DNA of 64,000 nt from an uncultured Clostridia bacterium (GCA_944390945.1 CALXRV010000060.1:39557-103556), one strand, 5' to 3'. Positions 27,545 to 37,395 are shown, counted from the stretch's first letter. Made by a program: numbers and translations. Notes: generated by a model from the sequence alone, not told the origin.

Positions 27545-28981
27545 TTATTTGGTGGGATCTGCGCCCAGGATGAAGGTGCGCATATCATCGGTGACCTGCT
27601 GGATATTTTCCTCGCCAAGATATGCCATATGGCCGGATTCATAGCCTTTGACAAAGACGCGGTCCTTCGGCAGATTGGAGTGGTCAAGCGTATAGTAGAG
27701 AATACCGATTTGCGTGCAGATATCGTACCAGCCATTGATGAAGAAGGTACGCATGCCGGGCGTACGGCGCATGGCTGCACTCAGGCATTGTGCCGTATTA
27801 CGGCCTTTGATATCGTTGTTCCATTTGGTATAAATGGTGAAGGAATTGACAAAATTCCTGTCCCAGCGAATATTCAGCTTGGGGAATACTTCGCCGCAAA
27901 GCACAGATTGGAAGAAGGAGTTATATTTGCCTTCCGCTGGGTCGTCGCGCTGGCCCCAGGTATGTTCGTCAACCTCTTTTTCGTAGATCGGCCTGGTGAT
28001 GCGACCGTCCAGCCGGGCGACGGAGCGGCCTTTGTTGCGCGCTACTTCGCTGCGGAAATCAACATCTTCCACGACCAGATCCCGGTTGACCAGATATTCG
28101 CGGGAAACGCCGGTATAGTAGATCACGCGTTCGATGATATGTTCGCGCGCCTCTCCCTGCAGTGATTCGCCCTGATATAACGCAAGCAGATATTCGGTAT
28201 CTGCAAACTTTTTCGCTTCTGCCACGAATTCTTCTACCGTCTGATCGGAAGGATGATTATGGTACCAGTTGACTGCGGCAAGGGTGGGGAAGGCCAGCAC
28301 GGCCGGATAAACCGGGGAGAAATCATGGAAGAACCTGCGCCCGGTGACCGTATTGCCGATCAGGATCAGGCCGTCAAAGACCACGCTGTATGCGCGGTCC
28401 TCACCCAGCAGCGAACCAATGCCAGCCACGGTGGAAGCGCGGGTGCAGCCATAGCTTTCACCTACCATATATTTGGGGCTCTTCCAACGGTCATAGCGGT
28501 CGAGCCATTTCTGGATAAAGGTAAGAATGGCTTCTGCATCCGGTTCAATACCGTAGAAAAGATCCTTTTTGCTTTCATCGAGCAGGCGGCCAAAACCAGT
28601 GCCGACCGGATCGATGATGACAAGATCCGCGATATCGAGCAGGCATTGCGCATTATCGCAAGATTCATAAGGCGGCAAAGGCAGTCCTGCGTCATCCACT
28701 TCACCATATTTTACGCGTGTAGTGCCGAGAAAACCAACATGCACCATCATCGAAGATGTGCCCGGGCCACCATTGAAGCCAAACAATACTGGGCGGCTGC
28801 TCGTATCCTTTACATCCGAACGGAAATAGGAATAGGAAAAGAGCGAGGCGATTGCTTTTCCTTCATCATCATAAAAGACGTTGTCTTCACAGACGGTATG
28901 GTAGGGGACTTTAACGCCGTGCAATTCAATGCTGCCTTCTGACGTAAAACGGGAAGGGGTAAAAACGTCGGTTCGTAACAT
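27545..28981 (-). CDS. S10-family serine carboxypeptidase-like protein
   Basis: FNGGPGTSSM (the NGGPGCSS-type motif), catalytic-Ser motif VGESYG, and C-terminal YESGHMAY (the catalytic-His region). No obvious signal peptide. RBS AAGGAGG. Confidence 0.7.
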   Translation of the reverse strand: MLRTDVFTPSRFTSEGSIELHGVKVPYHTVCEDNVFYDDEGKAIASLFSYSYFRSDVKDTSSRPVLFGFNGGPGTSSMMVHVGFLGTTRVKYGEVDDAGLPLPPYESCDNAQCLLDIADLVIIDPVGTGFGRLLDESKKDLFYGIEPDAEAILTFIQKWLDRYDRWKSPKYMVGESYGCTRASTVAGIGSLLGEDRAYSVVFDGLILIGNTVTGRRFFHDFSPVYPAVLAFPTLAAVNWYHNHPSDQTVEEFVAEAKKFADTEYLLALYQGESLQGEAREHIIERVIYYTGVSREYLVNRDLVVEDVDFRSEVARNKGRSVARLDGRITRPIYEKEVDEHTWGQRDDPAEGKYNSFFQSVLCGEVFPKLNIRWDRNFVNSFTIYTKWNNDIKGRNTAQCLSAAMRRTPGMRTFFINGWYDICTQIGILYYTLDHSNLPKDRVFVKGYESGHMAYLGEENIQQVTDDMRTFILGADPTK

Positions 28982-29235
28982 ATTTGGGCCTCCTTATGCT
29001 ATTGAATTTTGCAATGAACTGAATTTATTATAGCATTCATGATTCTATTCGACAAGTGTGATCGTGAAAAATCGTCTGTCGCGCTGTGCCGGCGACTAAA
29101 CGGGGAAAAAGAGAAAGCGAACCGGCTCTTCGGATATTGCAGGCAGGATGGACTTTTGCCGAGATGCTGCATATGCAGCGAAATCGGTAGAAAAAGTAGA
29201 ATGAGATGTAATGGCATTTCTGCGAAAAATATTAT

Positions 29236-29273
29236 GAATAAAAAGGCGGAGCAAAGCAGGCTTTGCTCCGCCT
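29236..29273 (-). terminator. rho-independent terminator directly after tRNA-Arg
   Basis: AAGGCGGAGCAAAG / CTTTGCTCCGCCTT 14-bp stem; on the minus strand it is followed by TTTTTATT. Confidence 0.7.
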
Positions 29274-29350
29274 TGGCGTCCCCGAGAGGATTTGAACCTC
29301 CGACCCCACGCTTAGGAGGCGTGCGCTCTATCCAGCTGAGCTACGAGGAC
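29274..29350 (-). tRNA. tRNA-Arg (CCT)
   Basis: Reverse complement GTCCTCGTAGCTCAGCTGGATAGAGCGCACGCCTCCTAAGCGTGGGGTCGGAGGTTCAAATCCTCTCGGGGACGCCA folds as a cloverleaf. Anticodon stem CACGC/GCGTG with loop CTCCTAA. Confidence 0.9.
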
Positions 29351-29426
29351 ATGGGGAATGAATGGATTGCTGTATGGGCGAAAAAAGACATAACAATGGC
29401 TGGCTGCGCTGCTACAGACATGCTTT

Positions 29427-29455
29427 ATTCTACTCCAGCAGGGCGCTTTCGTCAA
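29427..29455 (-). promoter_or_regulatory. candidate promoter for tRNA-Arg
   Basis: Minus strand reads TTGACG, 17 nt, TAGAAT, about 75 nt upstream of the mature 5' end. Confidence 0.4.
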
Positions 29456-29465
29456 TAGGGGAATC

Positions 29466-29494
29466 TTGCATACGCTTGGGCGCGGTGTTATAAT
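29466..29494 (+). promoter_or_regulatory. candidate sigma-A promoter for the pncA-like/tadA pair
   Basis: TTGCAT (29466-29471), 17 nt, TATAAT (29489-29494), with an extended -10 TGT. Confidence 0.55.
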
Positions 29495-29553
29495 AGACAG
29501 AAACCAAATGAAACCGTAGGCGTTTGCCTGCCACACAGAGGAGGCGTGGGAGC

Positions 29554-30108
29554 ATGAAGCGAGCGCTGCTCATCATTGATTACAGCAATGATTTTGTGGA
29601 TGAAAAAGGGGTTATGAGCTGCGGTGAGGCCGGGCGGGCCCTTGATGAGCCGATTCTGGCCCAGATCCGTCACACGCTGGATCGGGATGATTTTGTTTTC
29701 GTCTGTAATGATGCGCATGAAGAAGGAGATGCTTATGCCCCGGAAGCGGTTCTCTTTCCGCCGCATAATCTTGTCGGCAGCTGGGGGGCTGAGATTTACG
29801 GAACGACCGGCAAGCTGATCCGCGCATTGCTCGCCAAGGGCCATCCGAATGTTACGATGGTACCAAAACAGCGCTATTCCGCATTTTATGGTACGCCGCT
29901 TGATATGATGTTGCGGCAGCGGAATGTGGAGATGTTGACTGTGGTTGGCGTCTGCACGGATATCTGCGTTTTACACACGGTGATCGATGCTTGCTATCGT
30001 GGTTATGTGGTCGCCGTGCCGGCGAATGCTTGCGCGACACCGTTTGCGCATGGTCAGGAGTGGGCGTTGGCGCATATGCGCACCTGCCTTGGCGTAGAAA
30101 TAGAATGA
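29554..30108 (+). CDS. isochorismatase-family cysteine hydrolase (nicotinamidase/pyrazinamidase-like)
   Basis: MKRALLIIDYSNDF, KQRYSAFYGTPLD, and VVGVCTDICVLHTVIDA with the catalytic Cys. Start at ATG 29554 after GAGGAGG. Confidence 0.8.
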   Translation: MKRALLIIDYSNDFVDEKGVMSCGEAGRALDEPILAQIRHTLDRDDFVFVCNDAHEEGDAYAPEAVLFPPHNLVGSWGAEIYGTTGKLIRALLAKGHPNVTMVPKQRYSAFYGTPLDMMLRQRNVEMLTVVGVCTDICVLHTVIDACYRGYVVAVPANACATPFAHGQEWALAHMRTCLGVEIE

Positions 30109-30605
30109 CCCCGGATTTTGCCGCAGAAGACATGCGCTGGATGCGGGAAGCGTTGGCAGAAGCAGAGCTTGCGGCGGCAGAGGGCGAGGTGCCGGTAGGC
30201 GCGGTGCTGGTAGCTGGCGGAATATTGCGCGGGCGCGGTCATAACCAGAGAGAACGCGGTCGTGATGCAACGCTGCATGCGGAGATGATCGCCATTCGCA
30301 ATGCGTGTGGCAACATGGGTGGCTGGCGTTTGCCAGAGGCAACGCTTTATGTCACGTTGGAGCCGTGCCCGATGTGCGCCGGCGCGGCGATGAATGCCCG
30401 CGTCGACCGTATCGTCTTTGGTGCGCCGGACCCAAAAAGCGGGGCCTGCGGCAGCGTTCTGGATCTGCCGGCCAGTGGTATGCTCAATCATAGCGCAGTG
30501 GTGACCGGCGGTGTGCTGGCAGAAGAATGCGTCGCTTTGTTACGCTCTTTTTTTGCCGGCCGGCGTGATGCCGGCCGCAAAGGGCGGGAATTGGAGCATG
30601 ATTGA
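30105..30605 (+). CDS. tadA: tRNA adenosine(34) deaminase
   Basis: CDA zinc motifs HAEMIAI and PCPMCAGA. The ATGA overlap with the upstream stop indicates translational coupling. Confidence 0.88.
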   Translation: MTPDFAAEDMRWMREALAEAELAAAEGEVPVGAVLVAGGILRGRGHNQRERGRDATLHAEMIAIRNACGNMGGWRLPEATLYVTLEPCPMCAGAAMNARVDRIVFGAPDPKSGACGSVLDLPASGMLNHSAVVTGGVLAEECVALLRSFFAGRRDAGRKGRELEHD

Positions 30606-30664
30606 CGGTCGTTATCTTTGGCGGTGGCGACCGGACCTGGCGGTCGTGATGGGCATGGATGCAA

Positions 30665-30716
30665 CGCCGCGACGAGCCGGCATGATGTTGTCGTCACGCC
30701 GCGGCGGTATTTTTTG
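30665..30716 (+). terminator. probable terminator after tadA
   Basis: CGCCGCG...CGCGGCG outer stem plus ACGA/TCGT inner stem, followed by TATTTTTT. Confidence 0.45.
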
Positions 30717-30758
30717 TTGCCCTTTTGGGCTAGCGGTAGCGGTTTTGCCTGCTATTGC

Positions 30759-30787
30759 TTGCCAAGCGCGGCGGAATGAGATACAAT
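30759..30787 (+). promoter_or_regulatory. candidate promoter of uppP
   Basis: TTGCCA, 17 nt, TACAAT. The -10 lies within the palindrome ACAATATATTGT. Confidence 0.4.
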
Positions 30788-30816
30788 ATATTGTGTAAAA
30801 AGCGGGAGGTATGAGA

Positions 30817-31590
30817 ATGACATTATCTGCATGGCAGGCGGTGTTGCTCGGTCTGATCCAGGGGTTAACAGAATTTTTGCCGGTATCTTCTTCCGGGCAC
30901 CTGGTGATCGGCCAGGCATTGCTCAATATCGAGGCGGATATGATCACCTTTGATATCTTCGTGCATGTTGGTACTTTGGTGGCGGTATTCGTTGCTTTCT
31001 GGGGTGATATTGCCGCCTTGCTGCGCCGGCCGTTTTGCCGTTTTACTGCGCTGATCCTTGTCGGTTGTGTCCCGGCGGGCGTGATGGGCCTGTTGTTGGA
31101 TGATCTTTTTTCCGCGCTTTTCAATTCCGTTACGGCGGTGGCCTGCGCGCTGGTTGTTACTGGTATTCTGCTCTTCCTTTCCGATCGCTTTGATGGGAAA
31201 AAGACGCTGCAGGAAATGCGCTTTTCGGAAGCTTTGCTTGTCGGCCTTTTCCAAGGCTGCGCGATCACCCCGGGGCTTTCGCGTTCCGGTTCAACGATTT
31301 TCGGTGCTTTGCTTTGTGGCATGCAGCGGCGGGAAGCCGCCCGTTTTTCCTTTATCGTATCGATCCCGGTTATCCTAGGTGCTGCGGCAAAGGAATGTTG
31401 GGATATGGCCTCTGCCGGCGGTATTGCGCTGGAATGGACTTATTTTCTGGGTGCCTTTGTCGCAGCGGCGAGCGGCTATGCGGCGATCCGTACTTTCCTG
31501 CGGCTGCTGGAAAAAAAGAATATGCGCTATTTTTCCTATTATGTTTGGGCTGTCGCTTTACTGGTTTTTGGCAGCCGATTGCTGGGCTGA
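30817..31590 (+). CDS. uppP: undecaprenyl-diphosphate phosphatase
   Basis: GLTEFLPVSSSGH and SRSGSTI motifs in a polytopic protein. The second ATG (30817) has better spacing from GGGAGG. Confidence 0.92.
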   Translation: MTLSAWQAVLLGLIQGLTEFLPVSSSGHLVIGQALLNIEADMITFDIFVHVGTLVAVFVAFWGDIAALLRRPFCRFTALILVGCVPAGVMGLLLDDLFSALFNSVTAVACALVVTGILLFLSDRFDGKKTLQEMRFSEALLVGLFQGCAITPGLSRSGSTIFGALLCGMQRREAARFSFIVSIPVILGAAAKECWDMASAGGIALEWTYFLGAFVAAASGYAAIRTFLRLLEKKNMRYFSYYVWAVALLVFGSRLLG

Positions 31591-31618
31591 TCCAGCTGCC
31601 GTTTTGAGGTGAACCAAC

Positions 31619-34219
31619 ATGGCAACAAAGAAGAAAACGACAAAGGGGAGAGGGACGAGCCGCACGCGCAACAGCAGCACTTATGCGCGCACAAATGCGC
31701 CGCGCCGTCCGGCGCGGGTTAAAAGTGCGCAGGATATCGCACGGGATAAAGAGATCGTTGGGATCATTTTAATCGCCGCCGCTGTGCTGCTGCTGGTTAA
31801 TTTTATTCTGGCGCCGGACCCGCAGACGGCTGAGATCGGCGGCATGGGCGTGGTCAGCCTATTCCTGATCCGGCTGCTGCGCTTTATCGCTGGCAGTGGC
31901 GCGGTGGCGCTGCCGCTGTTTCTGCTCGTCTTCGGCATCTTTGTTTGCGCAGATAAAAACAATCCAAGCAACGGCAGGTTGATCGGCATTCTGCTGATCT
32001 TCCTCGCTTTTTTGGGTTTTCGGCAGCTCTCTATGGAGCTGGTCGCTTTTCGTGAATACCTCGCTGTGGCTGCGGCGGGGACGGGTGGCGGCGTGATCGG
32101 TGCTTTGTTTGCGTTTGCGCTGCTGAAAACGATCGGTCGCGTCGGCGCAGTCATCGTTTTCGTCGCATTGTTGCTGATCGGTCTGCTATTGGCTTTTCAG
32201 ACCTCTCTTTCCGCGTTGGCCGGGCATATCGGCAGATTTTTTTCCGGTCTGGGCGCTCTGCTCGCTTTTCGGCGTGATACGAGTGCAGAGCCGCGCCAGG
32301 TGACGCCGCCGGATGTGCAGGAAGCGCCGCGTCGCGCTACATCGCCGGCTGCTGCACGGCGGGAAGAGGGGAGACCCGAACAACCGTTGCCGCGTATCCC
32401 TTCTTTGCGGTTGCAGGATGAGCCCCTGCAGGAAGAAGCGGCGCCGTTGATTGAAGAGAAGCCCCTGCCGGCAGAACCGCCGCCGCCGAAAAAAAATAAA
32501 TTTGTGCGCGAATTTATGCCCGAGGTGACGTTGGGGCGTGAGGATATTGAAATCGGCGAAAGACCGCAGGTGCTGGTTCGCCACCCGGCGACAGCGCCAA
32601 CAGCTGCACCTGTGGCTGATCCTGCCGGGGTAACGGACATGGAAGAAGAGGAGACAGACTGGCAACCTGCAGCTGCCCCTGCTTCCGCAGCCGCCCCTGC
32701 TTCTGCAGCCGCGCCGGCTCCCGGACGGGAACGCCATATATCGCGCGCTGTTGGAGAAGAAGAAGCCGCGCCGGCCAGCGGCGATACGTCGGATTATACA
32801 TTGCCGCCGGTCGAGCTGATTGAACCCGGCTTAAAGGTGAAAAATCCGCGTTTGAACAAGGCGATTACCGAAAATATCGGCGTGCTTGAATCCACGCTGG
32901 AAAGTTTCGGCGTGCGCGCCACTGTGACGCAGGTGGTGGCCGGGCCGGCGGTGACCCGCTATGAACTTCAGCCTGCGCCGGGCGTCAAGGTTTCCCGCAT
33001 CACCGGGCTGGCAGACGATATCGCGCTATCGCTTGCTGCGCAGTCGATCCGTATCGAAGCGCCGATCCCTGGCAAAAATGCGATCGGCATTGAGGTCTCG
33101 CGTAAGGAACGTGATACCGTCTATTTCCGTGAGATGATCGAAAGCGAAGAATTCCAGGGCAGCAAGAGCAAACTAAGCTTTGCGCTGGGGAAGAATATCG
33201 GCGGCGAATGCATCATCGGGAATTTGGTGAAGATGCCGCATTTGCTGATTGCCGGTTCCACCGGCAGCGGGAAAAGCGTTTGCATCAATACAATCATCTG
33301 CAGCCTGCTTTATAAAGCGCGGCCGGATGAAGTGAAGCTGATGTTGATCGACCCGAAGAAGGTGGAGCTGACGCAATACGCGCGACTGCCGCATCTGATC
33401 GCGCCGGTGGTTAATGACAGCAAAAAGGCTGCCAATGCCCTGAAATGGGCGGTCAATGAGATGGAGAACCGCTATACGCTGTTTGCTGGCGCTGGGGTAA
33501 AGGACTTTGACGGTTATAACAAGGCGCATGCGGAGACGCCGCTGCCGCATATTGTGATCATCATCGATGAGCTGGCAGATCTGATGATGGTGGCGCGGCA
33601 TGATGTGGAGGACAGCATTTGCCGCCTGGCGCAGATGGCACGTGCCGCGGGTATGCATCTTGTTGTCGCTACGCAGCGTCCGTCTGTCGATGTGATCACC
33701 GGACTGATCAAAGCGAATATCCCGTCGCGTATTTCCTTTGCGGTCTCCAGCTATACAGATAGCCGTACAATCTTAGATACAGGCGGTGCGGAAAAGCTGC
33801 TTGGGAATGGCGACATGCTCTATGCCCCGATCGGCAAGAACAAGCCTGAGCGTATCCAGGGAACATTTATTAATGAAGCGGATGTGATCCGCCTGGTGGA
33901 TTACTGTGCAGAGCAGGCAGCGCCAAGCTTTTCCGAAGATGCGGTACGCGCGGCTGAGCATGGCGAGAAAACCGGTGTCAATGGCGGACAGGCAGAGGAT
34001 GGCGACGAGCTGCTTTATGATGCGGCAATGCTGATCATCAGCACTGGTCAGGCCAGTACCTCTTTTCTGCAACGTCGGCTGGCGATCGGCAATCCGCGCG
34101 CTGCGCGGCTGATGGATATCCTGCAGGCCAAAGGCGTGGTCGGCGGCCCGAAGGGCAGCAAACCGCGCGATATCCTGATCACGGCTGATGAGGCGGAGCA
34201 AATGTTCGGGAAAGGCTGA
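31619..34219 (+). CDS. ftsK: DNA translocase FtsK/SpoIIIE
   Basis: N-terminal TM helices, a Pro/Ala-rich linker, motor-domain Walker A GSTGSGKSV, Walker B IIIDELADL, and a C-terminal gamma winged helix (ASTSFLQRRLAIGNPRAARLMD). Confidence 0.95.
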   Translation: MATKKKTTKGRGTSRTRNSSTYARTNAPRRPARVKSAQDIARDKEIVGIILIAAAVLLLVNFILAPDPQTAEIGGMGVVSLFLIRLLRFIAGSGAVALPLFLLVFGIFVCADKNNPSNGRLIGILLIFLAFLGFRQLSMELVAFREYLAVAAAGTGGGVIGALFAFALLKTIGRVGAVIVFVALLLIGLLLAFQTSLSALAGHIGRFFSGLGALLAFRRDTSAEPRQVTPPDVQEAPRRATSPAAARREEGRPEQPLPRIPSLRLQDEPLQEEAAPLIEEKPLPAEPPPPKKNKFVREFMPEVTLGREDIEIGERPQVLVRHPATAPTAAPVADPAGVTDMEEEETDWQPAAAPASAAAPASAAAPAPGRERHISRAVGEEEAAPASGDTSDYTLPPVELIEPGLKVKNPRLNKAITENIGVLESTLESFGVRATVTQVVAGPAVTRYELQPAPGVKVSRITGLADDIALSLAAQSIRIEAPIPGKNAIGIEVSRKERDTVYFREMIESEEFQGSKSKLSFALGKNIGGECIIGNLVKMPHLLIAGSTGSGKSVCINTIICSLLYKARPDEVKLMLIDPKKVELTQYARLPHLIAPVVNDSKKAANALKWAVNEMENRYTLFAGAGVKDFDGYNKAHAETPLPHIVIIIDELADLMMVARHDVEDSICRLAQMARAAGMHLVVATQRPSVDVITGLIKANIPSRISFAVSSYTDSRTILDTGGAEKLLGNGDMLYAPIGKNKPERIQGTFINEADVIRLVDYCAEQAAPSFSEDAVRAAEHGEKTGVNGGQAEDGDELLYDAAMLIISTGQASTSFLQRRLAIGNPRAARLMDILQAKGVVGGPKGSKPRDILITADEAEQMFGKG

Positions 34220-34262
34220 GGCGGACGGATGGCGGCACTGCCGCTGGGAAGAAAGGGAAGTT

Positions 34263-35561
34263 ATGGAGCAAGTATATCTGCTGTCGCTGGGCTGCGCAAA
34301 AAACCAGGTGGACAGCGAATTGATGCGCGGTGTGCTGGCTGCGGAGGGCTACCGTCTGACGGAACGGCCGGAGCTCGCGGAGATCATTATCATCAATACC
34401 TGCGGCTTTATCGAAGCGGCAAAAAAGGAGAGCATCGAAGCTATTCTGGAGCTGGCTGCCTGCAAGCAGCAGGGCTGCTGCCGGCAATTGGTTGTCGTTG
34501 GCTGCATGGCAGAAAAATATGCGGATGAGATGCGGGAAGCAATGCCGGAGATCGACCTGATCATGGGTAGCAAGAGCTATGGCCAGATCGGGACTCTGCT
34601 GCGCGGAGCAGCGCCGGTTGCCGTGCGGCGGGAGGATTATAGCCGGCGCGCGCTGGTGCCAGGGGCTGCAACCGCTTATCTGAAAATCGCGGAAGGCTGC
34701 AACAACCATTGCAGCTATTGCTTGATCCCGCAGCTGCGCGGCCCTTATGTCAGCCGGCCGCTGGCGGAGATCGTAAAGGAAGCGGAGCAGCTGGCAGCTG
34801 CCGGTGTGCGCGAGCTGGTGTTGATCGCGCAGGATACGACGAAATACGGACTGGATCTGCCGGGCGCGCCGCGCCTGGCTGAGCTGCTGGAAGCGCTGGC
34901 CGCGCTGCCATTTGCCATGATCCGTCTGCTTTATGCATATCCGGATACGTTGCGGGACGATGTGTTGGCCGTGATGGCGGAACATGATAATATCTGCCAT
35001 TATCTAGATTTACCTGTGCAGCATGGCGCGGACCGTATCCTACGCGCGATGAACCGTCATGCGACCGGGCAGGAGATCTTGGATACGCTGGCGCGGATCC
35101 GCCATTATTTGCCGGATGCTGCCCTGCGCAGCACGGTGATGGTTGGTTTTCCCGGAGAAAGCGAGGAGGATTTTCACCGTTTGCTGGCCTTTCTGCGTGA
35201 AGCGCGGTTTGATTGGGTGGGGGCTTTCCCTTATTCGCAGGAAGCAGATACGCCGGCTGCCCTGATGGCGGGACAGATTACAGAAGAGGTCAAACAGCAG
35301 CGTTATCATGCAGTGATGCAGCTGGCAGCCGAGATCACGGCGGAGCGGTTGCGGCGGTTCATCGGGCAGACAATGCCGGTGCTGGCAGAAGGTGTGGCCG
35401 AAGGGCAAGCTGAGGGCTGGTACCAAGGACGCAGTCAGTATCAGGCGCCCGAGGTGGACGGGTTGATTTATTTCCGCAGCGACAGAGAGATCCAGTCGGG
35501 AAAGATTTATTTGGTGCGCATCACCGGTAGTGATATCTATGATTTAATGGGGGAAATCTGA
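34263..35561 (+). CDS. rimO: ribosomal protein S12 methylthiotransferase
   Basis: UPF0004 N-terminus (LGCAKNQVDSE), radical SAM CNNHCSYCLIP, and a TRAM C-terminus. Start at ATG 34263 within ORF 34188..35561. Confidence 0.88.
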   Translation: MEQVYLLSLGCAKNQVDSELMRGVLAAEGYRLTERPELAEIIIINTCGFIEAAKKESIEAILELAACKQQGCCRQLVVVGCMAEKYADEMREAMPEIDLIMGSKSYGQIGTLLRGAAPVAVRREDYSRRALVPGAATAYLKIAEGCNNHCSYCLIPQLRGPYVSRPLAEIVKEAEQLAAAGVRELVLIAQDTTKYGLDLPGAPRLAELLEALAALPFAMIRLLYAYPDTLRDDVLAVMAEHDNICHYLDLPVQHGADRILRAMNRHATGQEILDTLARIRHYLPDAALRSTVMVGFPGESEEDFHRLLAFLREARFDWVGAFPYSQEADTPAALMAGQITEEVKQQRYHAVMQLAAEITAERLRRFIGQTMPVLAEGVAEGQAEGWYQGRSQYQAPEVDGLIYFRSDREIQSGKIYLVRITGSDIYDLMGEI

Positions 35562-36094
35562 TGAATCTGCCAAACAAGATCACCATTTTCCGTGTATTTA
35601 TGATCCCGCTTTTTGTCGTACTGGCCTTGCTGCGTATGCCGGTCTGTGATGTGCTGGCGGCGCTTGTCTTTGGCGTGGCTTCTTTTAGCGATTTTTTAGA
35701 CGGCATGCTGGCACGCAGGAAGAACCTGGTCACCAATTTTGGCAAGTTTCTTGATCCGCTGGCGGATAAGATGCTGGTGATGGCGGCAATGATTACGCTG
35801 CTTGCTGCCGGCAGGCTGCCTGCCTGGGTGGTAATCGTCATCCTTTGCCGCGAGTTCGCCGTGGATGGTCTGCGCATGCTGGCGGTGGAAAAAGGCGTGG
35901 TAATCGCAGCCTCTGTCTGGGGAAAACGCAAGACTTTTTCGCAGATGATCATGGTCATCCTTTTGCTGCTGCAAAGCGTGTTTTCCTTCCCGCTGTATCT
36001 CTGGGTCTGCCGGATCGCGATCGGCGCAGCGGTACTGTTGACCGTATTTTCCGGTTATGACTATCTGCGCAAAGGAAAGGGGTTCATCCAATGA
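35561..36094 (+). CDS. pgsA: CDP-diacylglycerol--glycerol-3-phosphate 3-phosphatidyltransferase
   Basis: CDP-alcohol phosphotransferase motif DFLDGMLAR...G..LDPLADK; N-terminus MNLPNKITIFR. Confidence 0.92.
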   Translation: MNLPNKITIFRVFMIPLFVVLALLRMPVCDVLAALVFGVASFSDFLDGMLARRKNLVTNFGKFLDPLADKMLVMAAMITLLAAGRLPAWVVIVILCREFAVDGLRMLAVEKGVVIAASVWGKRKTFSQMIMVILLLLQSVFSFPLYLWVCRIAIGAAVLLTVFSGYDYLRKGKGFIQ

Positions 36095-36573
36095 GCGCCG
36101 CGGGTTTGATCGATCGTCTGCGCGCGCGGGGGGCTTGGGTGGCAACGGCAGAATCCTGCAGCGGTGGTTTGCTGGCTGCGGCGTTTACCGATATCGCCGG
36201 CGCATCGGATGTTTTTGGCTATGGCGTGGTGACCTACAGCAATCAGGCGAAGATGCAACTATTGCAGGTGGGCAAGGAAACGCTGGCCAGATATGGCGCA
36301 GTCAGCGAAGAAACGGCACGCGAGATGGCTTCTGGTCTACTGGCGCTTTCCGGTGCAGATCTGGCATTAGCCACAACCGGCATTGCTGGCCCGGGCGGCG
36401 GCAGCGCGGAAAAGCCGGTGGGGCTGGTCTACATCGCAGCCGGCGGACGGGAGAGGATCCTGGTGCGGCGCTGCCTGTTCGCGGGTGAGCGAGACGCAGT
36501 GCGCCGGCAGACGGTAGCGGCTGCCCTGGCGCTGGCAGAAGAATATCTCAAACAAACAGAGCAGGGAGAATGA
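36091..36573 (+). CDS. CinA C-terminal domain protein (nicotinamide-nucleotide amidohydrolase PncC type)
   Basis: TAESCSGGLLA, VTYSN..K and TGIAGPGGG...KPVGLVYI are present. Only the C-terminal CinA domain is encoded (160 aa). Confidence 0.85.
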   Translation: MSAAGLIDRLRARGAWVATAESCSGGLLAAAFTDIAGASDVFGYGVVTYSNQAKMQLLQVGKETLARYGAVSEETAREMASGLLALSGADLALATTGIAGPGGGSAEKPVGLVYIAAGGRERILVRRCLFAGERDAVRRQTVAAALALAEEYLKQTEQGE

Positions 36574-37241
36574 AGATGAAAAGAACGGTCGGTTTATTGT
36601 TGATCCTGGCATTGCTGTGCGGCGGTTGCTCGCTGATGCTTCAAAGCGGTCTAACCGCTGGCAACAGCCAGCGGATCGAGAGTGCGCATGGCTTTGCTTT
36701 CCGCGTACCGTCGGACTGGCTGATGGAAGAGGTTGATGCAGAACATGTGCAGTACCGTTTTCACAGCGCAGAGGAAGATATTTATCTGACCGTGGTGATG
36801 GAGCTGGGCGGAATGGCCTATGATTCCACGACGGAGATCGGCGCTGCGCTGGCGGAACAGCTGGCGGCAGATCTCTATGATGAAGTGGAGACAGAACGGG
36901 CGGAAGAGACGGAAACCTCCTATCGTTGTCTGCTGCGCGGCATGGATGCGGATGGCGCTGCGCTCGTCAGCGAGTTATATCTCTACGCGCCCTTTGTTTC
37001 GGCGCGTTATTATCTTTTGTTCCAGGCTACTGATGCGGTTTATGATGAAAGCCGGAAGATGATCGATGATGTGATCGCCAGTTTTGCATTGACCATGACG
37101 CGCGAAGAAGTTTACGCGCATATGCGGGAGATGCGTGAAGATGCGGCCAATGCGTCTGCGCAGGAAGATGCGGAAACGGCGACGGACATGGAGTCGGAAG
37201 CAGAAGGAGCCGGGACAGGAACAGAGGGTGGCGGGCAGTAA
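36570..37241 (+). CDS. hypothetical secreted/lipoprotein, acidic
   Basis: Signal sequence MKMKRTVGLLLILALLCGGCS and an acidic C-terminal tail. No recognised family. Confidence 0.5.
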   Translation: MKMKRTVGLLLILALLCGGCSLMLQSGLTAGNSQRIESAHGFAFRVPSDWLMEEVDAEHVQYRFHSAEEDIYLTVVMELGGMAYDSTTEIGAALAEQLAADLYDEVETERAEETETSYRCLLRGMDADGAALVSELYLYAPFVSARYYLLFQATDAVYDESRKMIDDVIASFALTMTREEVYAHMREMREDAANASAQEDAETATDMESEAEGAGTGTEGGGQ

Positions 37242-37335
37242 ACGGCGCGGCTGGGCGCCGGCAGCGCTGGCACACAGATAGCGGCAGCCCGACAGACGCC
37301 AGGGGAGAAGTTTGCTCCGGCACGGCTGAACATCG

Positions 37336-37366
37336 AAAGCGCCCTGCAAATAGGGCAGGGCGCTTT
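37336..37366. terminator. terminator between convergent genes
   Basis: AAAGCGCCCTGC / GCAGGGCGCTTT stem followed by TTTTAT. Confidence 0.65.
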
Positions 37367-37395
37367 TATGTCTTTCTGTGCTTTGTCGAGAGGTT

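Noticed and set aside
29274-29553. Global strand switch (minus-strand block 14-29 kb, plus-strand block 29.5-64 kb) as a possible replication origin
   Set aside because: There is no dnaA/dnaN and no cluster of TTATCCACA-like DnaA boxes. The spacer is fully accounted for by a tRNA gene and two divergent promoters.
30606-30810. SRP (4.5S/scRNA) gene, which follows tadA in Bacillus-type genomes
   Set aside because: No domain-IV signature (GGAAGCAGCC-type asymmetric-loop motif) is present. The spacer is explained by a terminator hairpin plus the uppP promoter.
32670-32718. Tandem roughly 18-bp repeats (GCAGCYGCCCCTGCTTCY) that might look like a repeat array
   Set aside because: They are in frame within the ftsK linker, encoding AAPASAAAPASAAAPAP. 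This is ordinary low-complexity linker sequence, not CRISPR or a regulatory repeat.
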